Assembly: GCA_035531495.1 (NCBI GenBank) | Contig: DATKSU010000005.1 | Span: 41,984 to 105,983 of the forward strand | DNA: 64,000 nt | Source: Minisyncoccota bacterium | Lineage (GTDB): Bacteria; Patescibacteriota; Minisyncoccia; Phycocordibacterales; Phycocordibacteraceae | Reading direction: 5' to 3' | Shown here: positions 58,466 to 64,000 of the stretch, in pieces | Layout of the letters: each line of letters opens with the position of its first letter | Position numbering within the stretch: position 1 is the first letter of the stretch | Notes under the pieces: generated by a model | What the model saw: the letters and a program-made list of their open reading frames with translations, nothing else | What the model was told of the DNA's origin: nothing | The model's database searches: none | Made by a program: the position numbers and the translations under genes

Positions 58466-59168
58466 CCTTGCGCTCGATGACGACCTTCCAGCCGCGTCGC
58501 TTCGCGTGCTGGTAGAGTTTCGCGTTCGGATTGAAGGCGATTGACGTCGTCGCCATCTCGAGCATCGGGATGTCGCTCTCCGTGTCCCCGACGATGACGG
58601 AATCATCGAGCGTGAGGTTCTCTTTGCGCACGGCACGCTGGAGGATGGCCGCCTTGTTGAAGATGATGTCCTCGTCCTCGATCTCGCCCGTGAAATTGCC
58701 GGACGGCCCGCTCGCGTAGAAGACGCCGTAAACCTTATCGAAGCCGTGCTCGTAGCCGAAGCCGTCGACGATGAACTTCGGCGAATGCGAGATGGCGAGC
58801 AAATAGTACCCCTTCGCCTTGAGGTCCTGCGCGAGGTCGCGTGTGTAGCGGTAAACGCGGTCGCAGCGCTCCTCGATGACTTCGCCCGCGGCGTTCGCGA
58901 CCGCCTCGAAGGAGACGCCCTTCAATTGGCCCTCGAAGGCCGTGACGACGCTCTTGATGTAAGCGGCGTAATCGCCTTTGCGATCGAGCCACTTCAAGCG
59001 GTCCGCCTCGTACACGTCCCGCGCGGGTGGTGGGAAGACGTCCTTCTCGATGAGGCGCTCGACGAGCTCGATGAGGAGCGATGAGCGGAAGATGGTGCCG
59101 TCGATGTCGAAGACGGCGACGCGGCGTTTCTCCATAGCCCTATCGTACCTTACTTCGCTTTGGGCCAC
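58446..59168 (-). CDS. HAD-superfamily hydrolase
   Basis: VAVFDIDGTIF motif I. 240 aa. Confidence 0.8.
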   Translation of the reverse strand: MAQSEVRYDRAMEKRRVAVFDIDGTIFRSSLLIELVERLIEKDVFPPPARDVYEADRLKWLDRKGDYAAYIKSVVTAFEGQLKGVSFEAVANAAGEVIEERCDRVYRYTRDLAQDLKAKGYYLLAISHSPKFIVDGFGYEHGFDKVYGVFYASGPSGNFTGEIEDEDIIFNKAAILQRAVRKENLTLDDSVIVGDTESDIPMLEMATTSIAFNPNAKLYQHAKRRGWKVVIERKDVIYEL

Positions 59169-59818
59169 CGCGTTGCGGCTTTCGGCCAGAGCTTCGTCAG
59201 GGGATGCGCTGCGCAGTCGTGCGGCCGGGCCGGGCAGACGTACCGGCCGTAGAGGACGAGGCCGTTATTCACGTATTTCCAGTCCCGCTTCGGGATGAGC
59301 GCCTCGAGGTCCTTCGATATCTTCGTCAGGTCGTCGTTATCCGTGAGGTCGAAGCGCTTGGCGAACCGCTTCACGTGCGTATCGGTCGCGATGCCCTCCC
59401 ATATGTCGAAGAGCTCGCCGAGGATGACGTGCGCCGTCTTGTAGCCCACGCCCGGCAGAGCGACGAGCGCGGCTTCCGTGCGCGGCACGCGCCCGCCGCG
59501 CTGCGCGACGATGGCCGCGGCCGCGCCGATGACGGCTTTCGCTTTGTTGCGGAAGAACGGGATGGAGGAAATCTCCTTCACGAACGCCGCCGGTCTGGCG
59601 CGCGCGAAATCCGCGGGCGTCCTGTACTTCTTGAACAAGATCGCGGTCAGCTTGTTGATCGCCTTGTCGGTGCACTGCGCCGAGAGGATGACGGCAACGA
59701 CGAACTGGAACGGCGTACGGTACGCGAGCTCGCTCTTCGGGCGCGGATACGTCTTCTTCAGGTACGCGACGATGCGCGTTGCGCGCCGCTTCCGTTCCTG
59801 GAATCTCGCGCTCGTCAT
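59150..59818 (-). CDS. nth: endonuclease III family DNA glycosylase/lyase
   Basis: VILSAQCTDKAINK, LPGVGYKTAHVIL. Start moved to MTSARFQ. ATGA overlap with bcp. Confidence 0.85.
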   Translation of the reverse strand: MTSARFQERKRRATRIVAYLKKTYPRPKSELAYRTPFQFVVAVILSAQCTDKAINKLTAILFKKYRTPADFARARPAAFVKEISSIPFFRNKAKAVIGAAAAIVAQRGGRVPRTEAALVALPGVGYKTAHVILGELFDIWEGIATDTHVKRFAKRFDLTDNDDLTKISKDLEALIPKRDWKYVNNGLVLYGRYVCPARPHDCAAHPLTKLWPKAATRWPKAK

Positions 59819-60297
59819 CGCGCGAGCGCCCGGAGATCGGCGACGACCTCCGCGGCGTGCTTCTCGGGCTTCACGCGCTCGTAGACCTTCAGGATCGTCC
59901 CGTCGGCGCCGATGAGGAACGACGTGCGGCTCGTGCCCATGTAGGCGCGGCCCATGAACTTCCGCTCGCCGAAGACGCCGTAGCGGCCGACGACCTCCTT
60001 GTGCTCGTCGGCCAAGAGCGTGAACGGAAGCGCGTACGTCGCCGCGAACTTCTTGTGGCTCGCGACCGAATCGGTCGAGACGCCGAGCACGACGGCGCCA
60101 ATCGTCGAGAAGCTCGCGAACTGGTCGCGCAGCGCGCACGCCTCGACGGTGCAGCCGGGCGTGTCATCTTTCGGATAGAAATAGAGGAGGACGGGCTTCC
60201 CGCGGTACTCCGACAGCGCGTGCGCCGTCCCATCCTGGTCGGGAAGCGTGAAATCAGGCGCCGCGGAACCGAGCTTCGGCATCTCCATCGGCCCCAC
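59815..60297 (-). CDS. bcp: peroxiredoxin Bcp (thiol peroxidase)
   Basis: FYPKDDTPGCT peroxidatic Cys motif. 160 aa. Confidence 0.9.
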   Translation of the reverse strand: MGPMEMPKLGSAAPDFTLPDQDGTAHALSEYRGKPVLLYFYPKDDTPGCTVEACALRDQFASFSTIGAVVLGVSTDSVASHKKFAATYALPFTLLADEHKEVVGRYGVFGERKFMGRAYMGTSRTSFLIGADGTILKVYERVKPEKHAAEVVADLRALAR

Positions 60298-61448
60298 TAT
60301 AGCACCGAGGGATGGTCGTCGCGCGGGAAGACGGCATGGAAGAAGAGCAGGAGGAGCGTGCCGGCGGCGAACGACGTGAAGAGGGAGACGATGAGCGAGC
60401 CGAGAAGCGGGAGGAGCGCGATAAGCGAGAGCGCGAACATGCCGAGCACGCCGTCGCGCCAGAGGACGTTCTCGCGCTTCTCGAAGCGGCGGACGAAAAT
60501 GCTGCCGACGAGGATGCCCGCATAGACGACGGCGAGGAGCGCGAGGAGCGCGTAAAGGATGATGAGGAGGAACGCGAGGCCGATGCCGACGAAGGTCAGG
60601 AGGAGCATGATGAAGAGCACCGGCGTGACGACGAGCGCCGAGAAGCCGAGCAGCGTCGTGAGCAGGAGGCCGCGCAGCCGCTGTGCGTACGCGCGTTCGG
60701 CGACCGCCTCCGCGAGCTTCGGGAAGAGGCCGGCGAGCAGGCCGGCGAGGATGAGCGCGCCGAGGATGCGCACAAGGAGGAAGATGGCGATGCTGAGAAA
60801 CGCGAGCACGCGCGAGGTATTCGCGCTCGGCAAGTAGGATGCGTTCGCGTAGTGCACGCCGCCCGTGACGACGACGGAGGTCGGAATGTCGGCCGGTTCC
60901 GGCGCCTCATAAGACAGCCGCCCCTGGATGGTCGTGCTCGCGGCGAGCCTGACGCTGCCGCTCGAGACGATTGTCACGTTGCCGGCGAAATCACCGGCGA
61001 GCGAGATATCGTTGCCGTAGATGGTGACGGGGCCCGCGGCGCCGTCGGCCATGACGACATTCGCCGCGACGATGAGGACGTTACCGCCCGCGCGGCCGGC
61101 ATCCTGCACCGAAAAACCGAAGGCGATGAGGTCGCCGCCGATGGGCTTCTCGACGCTGATCGAGCCGCCGGCTGCGCGGAAGTCGCCCGCGACGGGCGCG
61201 CGCGAACTCACCGTCCCGCCGAAGAGGAGCTCGTCGCCTGCGACCGATCCCGCGGCGATGATGGAACCGCCGGCGGCCGAGAGGTCGCCCGCGACGGGCG
61301 AGGTCAGCACGACCGACGGGCCGGCGACATAGGCGTTCCCGCGCGACGAGCTCGCCGTGAGGAGCGATGGCGCAGCCGGCGCGGCAGCGGCGAATGCGCT
61401 CGCCGGGAGGAAGAGGACGAACGTCGCGGCGAAGAGCGTGCGGTACAT
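60297..61448 (-). CDS. secreted beta-helix repeat (bactofilin/polymer-forming-like AGD/AGG repeats) protein with C-terminal polytopic membrane domain
   Basis: Signal peptide, at least 8 repeats of ~AGDxxAAGGSI, then 4-5 TM helices. Start moved to MYRTLFAATF. Confidence 0.55.
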   Translation of the reverse strand: MYRTLFAATFVLFLPASAFAAAAPAAPSLLTASSSRGNAYVAGPSVVLTSPVAGDLSAAGGSIIAAGSVAGDELLFGGTVSSRAPVAGDFRAAGGSISVEKPIGGDLIAFGFSVQDAGRAGGNVLIVAANVVMADGAAGPVTIYGNDISLAGDFAGNVTIVSSGSVRLAASTTIQGRLSYEAPEPADIPTSVVVTGGVHYANASYLPSANTSRVLAFLSIAIFLLVRILGALILAGLLAGLFPKLAEAVAERAYAQRLRGLLLTTLLGFSALVVTPVLFIMLLLTFVGIGLAFLLIILYALLALLAVVYAGILVGSIFVRRFEKRENVLWRDGVLGMFALSLIALLPLLGSLIVSLFTSFAAGTLLLLFFHAVFPRDDHPSVL

Positions 61449-61459
61449 GCGTCTGTCGG

Positions 61460-61930
61460 CTATGCCGCGGGCGGCATCGAGAGCGATGGCGGCAGCGCCT
61501 CGGGCGCAGGCCGGCGCAGCGGCTCTATGAATCCCGCGAGGACGAAGATGATGAGCGCGATGAGGGCCGAGGCGAGGCAATAGATGCAGTACGCCTGTAT
61601 CGCGAATACCTCTATGAGCGTGAAGTACAGCGAAACGACGAGACCGAGGATGGCTACCCCTTGGAGCGTGCGCCGCAGCCGCCGGTCGTAGACGAAGAGC
61701 TCGAGGGCGGCGAGCGCGAAGATGATGCTGTAGAAGAGGACGCCGTAGTCGGCGAGCGGGATGCCGAAGAGGCGCGAGTAGGGACTCGCCGCGACCGTAT
61801 TGCAGCCCGAGAGGTATTGGATATTGCACAGAAGGGGCGTGCCGGCCGTCTCATTCTGGGCGAGATAGGCCGAATCGGCGAGGCCGCAGAACGCGAGCAC
61901 GAGGATGAGGACGACGCTCGCCCGTTTCAT
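61460..61930 (-). CDS. vitamin K epoxide reductase (VKOR) family protein
   Basis: Loop Cys pair (CNIQYLSGC) and CxxC active site (CIYC) in a 4-TM scaffold. Start at MKRASVV. Confidence 0.75.
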   Translation of the reverse strand: MKRASVVLILVLAFCGLADSAYLAQNETAGTPLLCNIQYLSGCNTVAASPYSRLFGIPLADYGVLFYSIIFALAALELFVYDRRLRRTLQGVAILGLVVSLYFTLIEVFAIQAYCIYCLASALIALIIFVLAGFIEPLRRPAPEALPPSLSMPPAA

Positions 61931-62345
61931 ATATAGCCCCACAATACGCGGGCGGCGGCCAACGCGCAAATGCCCGCGATGGGCGCTACCGGTGCGGCCG
62001 ATGGCGGGTTTTCTTTCGGTAGGAGCTCATTACGGGGACCGCGGAGACGCCGCCTCGCGTCTTGCCGTTCGTTCGCGCGAACCGGCTTATCGATCATCGT
62101 CGTCCCATGCGGATCACCCAGGCGCTCGGTTCCGGCCTCTTTCTCGTCATCGTCGCGCATCTCATGCCTTCCGTGTTCGCGCAGCTTGCCCGCACCGCCG
62201 TCGTTTTCCTGCAGAGTTCGCAGGCAGCGCTCGCGGCAGCCGGAATGCTCGCCGCGCATGCCGGGACCCTTACACCCCCGCTAAACTAAATACGAAAGCC
62301 GCCTGCGGGCGGCTTTGTCGTATCGAGATGCGGGAACGACGAGCG

Positions 62346-62786
62346 CTACATCGCGCGCGGCTGTTCCGGGGGCATCTGCGCGGACCCTGACGGAGGAGAC
62401 ATTCCGCCGCCTGCGGGGGCCGCGCCATCCTTGCCGTACATGCCAGCGATGAAGATGACGACGCCCGCGACGAGGTTGAGCCAGTTGGACGCGCCGTTCG
62501 CGTACGCGATGCCAAGCAGCATCCCGCCGGCCGAGGGGACGCTGAAGAGGCCGATGAGACCGATGAGGAAGGTTATGACGCCGACGATCTTGAGCCAGAC
62601 GCGGGAGCTCTCGCTCGCCCAGAATGCGACGATGAGCAGTATCGCGCCGAGGATGATGTAGATGCTGTCGAGCATCGCATCGGCCGCGAAAAGTGCGTTC
62701 GCGCCGATGAGCGGGTTTGAGGTGAATCCGAGGAGGCCGAGGAGCACCAGGATGATGCCGAAGATGATAGCTAGTGTTTTTGTCAT
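62346..62786 (-). CDS. DUF4383-like membrane protein
   Basis: 146 aa, 4 TM, ILVLLGLLGF-type helices. Confidence 0.6.
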   Translation of the reverse strand: MTKTLAIIFGIILVLLGLLGFTSNPLIGANALFAADAMLDSIYIILGAILLIVAFWASESSRVWLKIVGVITFLIGLIGLFSVPSAGGMLLGIAYANGASNWLNLVAGVVIFIAGMYGKDGAAPAGGGMSPPSGSAQMPPEQPRAM

Positions 62787-62922
62787 TAATGGCCGTTAGG
62801 GCTGCTAAGGCGGCCCGCTTTGGCGGAGAGGCGCCATCCTTATGATACTTCGGCCGCGCGGGGGCGCGGAAAAACGCGGGGGAACCTCTGTGCATAACGC
62901 GGGCGGCAGGCTCCGAGACGCG

Positions 62923-62956
62923 AAACGGCCCCGTCAGGAGACGGGGCCGTTCTTTC
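62923..62956. terminator. perfect hairpin downstream of sigma/anti-sigma operon
   Basis: aacggccccgtc-agga-gacggggccgtt followed by CTTT. The T-tract is weak on both strands. Confidence 0.45.
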
Positions 62957-63017
62957 AGGAACCCTGCAGCCCGCCGGCGAGCTACGGCGGCCAGCTCGCA
63001 ATGGCTGCCGTAAGGCA

Positions 63018-63890
63018 TCATATGCCGTTCTCGTCGAGAGTGCGGAGCTCTTGGTAAGGGCGGATGCCCCTACATAGTTCACTACGCGTCGTCGTCGCGA
63101 TTCTTTCACTCGTCGTCGAGAAGAACGCGAGCGGCACCGGTAAGGGGCCGTTCTCGACGAGGCCATAGGTCTGCCAGGGAAAGACGAAACAGGCATGGAA
63201 GACAGCAGCGGTCGTCGTCGCCGGCACGCCGACGACGCGCACTTCGCCGCCGCGCGCGACGATGGTGAGGTCCGGGCCGCGCAGGTCGCTGCCGTCGACC
63301 TCCCACGTGCGTCCGTCGAAGTCCTGCAGCATGAAGGACGCGACGCCGGGGGTCACCGAGAGGACACGGCCGCCGAGGAGCCCCTTCTCCGGCGCGACCC
63401 ACCAGGAGCGCTCTTCGACGAGGATGGGGCGGTAGAACGGCAGATGGCCGCCGAGCGCCTCTTCGATCTCGCCGCCGAAGCCGGTCGCATAGAACGCGGT
63501 GCCGAGCGTGACCGACGTGAGCACCGCGCCGAGAGCGATGAGGAGGAGCGGATAGCGGTAGCCGTGATTCGTACGGCGCACGTTCACGTAGCCGATGAGG
63601 ATGAAGAGGATGAGTGCGCAAGCCCACAGGAAGGGCGCCGTATCGAGGACGAAGGAGAGGAAGCTCTCGTGCGTCACGACTGAGAGCCGCCAGCCGGCAT
63701 TCTCGACCTGGAAGAGCGCCGCTGAGAACGCGATGGCGCCGAGGATGACCGCGATGGCGCCGAGCGTCCAGAAGAAATAGTTCTTGAAGACGAATTCCCA
63801 GCGCGGGCGGGGCACCAGGCGTTCGCCCTTGATGCGTTCAAGGATGCGTTTCGCGAACGGGTCGGGGGTATGCGGGTGGTCGGGAGTCAT
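63018..63890 (-). CDS. membrane protein, putative anti-sigma factor (translationally coupled to ECF sigma)
   Basis: ATGA overlap with the upstream sigma gene. Has a cytoplasmic N-terminus, 4-5 TM helices and a C-terminal extracytoplasmic domain. Confidence 0.5.
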   Translation of the reverse strand: MTPDHPHTPDPFAKRILERIKGERLVPRPRWEFVFKNYFFWTLGAIAVILGAIAFSAALFQVENAGWRLSVVTHESFLSFVLDTAPFLWACALILFILIGYVNVRRTNHGYRYPLLLIALGAVLTSVTLGTAFYATGFGGEIEEALGGHLPFYRPILVEERSWWVAPEKGLLGGRVLSVTPGVASFMLQDFDGRTWEVDGSDLRGPDLTIVARGGEVRVVGVPATTTAAVFHACFVFPWQTYGLVENGPLPVPLAFFSTTSERIATTTRSELCRGIRPYQELRTLDENGI

Positions 63891-64000
63891 GATGAAAAGG
63901 GTTTCGGGAACGCGTCGCGCAGCGCACGCTTGGCCCGGTGCAGGAGGGTCGAGACCGTCCCGACCGGCACTTCGAGGATATCAGACATCTCGGCATAGGA
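63887..64000 (-). CDS. ECF sigma-70 factor, C-terminal region 4 (partial; continues beyond window end)
   Basis: ...SYAEMSDILEVPVGTVSTLLHRAKRALRDAFPKPFSS* is a region-4 HTH. Confidence 0.75.
   Translation of the reverse strand, partial: SYAEMSDILEVPVGTVSTLLHRAKRALRDAFPKPFSS

Noticed and set aside
61931-62345. ORFs 62062..62289 (+) and 61927..62259 (-) in the VKOR/DUF4383 spacer
   Set aside because: Both are short, overlap each other, and have weak coding character with no domain. Left uncalled.

Overview
This is a 64-kb high-GC bacterial chromosomal segment (core genes roughly 65-70% GC) with compact, overlapping genes, mostly on the minus strand. All calls are based on reading the six-frame translations for motifs; no database searches were run.

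Main content:
(1) A low-GC island (~1260-3950) next to tRNA-Asp and an elongator tRNA-Met. It carries a TehB-like methyltransferase, an alpha/beta hydrolase and an orphan DUF397 protein.
(2) A seven-gene minus-strand cluster (5332-13628): FMN-binding secreted protein, ApbE flavin transferase, membrane FAD/NAD(P) reductase, PaaK-like adenylate-forming ligase, ThiF/E1-like enzyme, tandem-domain nitroreductase and an orphan histidine kinase. This is my best candidate for an undescribed system.
(3) A small stress/redox set: DoxX, SHOCT, DUF302, GST and two SDRs.
(4) A copper operon: CsoR with a palindromic operator, a His-rich secreted protein and a CopB-type P1B-ATPase.
(5) A lipid/aminolipid-like cluster (22470-27243): N-acyl amino acid synthase-like GNAT, dedicated ACP, PPTase, PlsC-like acyltransferase, a second ThiF-like enzyme and two SGNH hydrolases.
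(6) An AT-rich islet (30697-32183) bounded by 27-bp direct repeats beside an initiator-like tRNA-Met.
(7) gatA-gatC-ligA followed by an ~11.6-kb type IV pilus super-operon: four minor pilins, PilD, two tandem PilA paralogs, PilC, PilT, a CheY-like regulator, PilB, PilO, PilN and PilM, with no secretin.
(8) Housekeeping genes: ComF-like, tRNA-Ser, groES-groEL, secG, an oligopeptide-type SBP, RNase J, MFS transporter, two HhH-GPD/Nth repair enzymes, HAD hydrolase, Bcp, a beta-helix-repeat membrane protein, VKOR, DUF4383, and an ECF sigma/anti-sigma pair running off the window end.

Many long ORFs in the supplied track are antisense shadow ORFs of high-GC genes, or carry Arg-rich N-terminal extensions from a wrong upstream start; I corrected starts where the domain boundary was clear. 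Lineage cannot be fixed from sequence alone. The divergent GroEL, secretin-less T4P, ComF and SemiSWEET fit a small-genome Gram-positive-like or Patescibacteria-like organism, but several domains (DUF397, DUF488, SHOCT, Acg-like nitroreductase) are actinobacterial in flavour.
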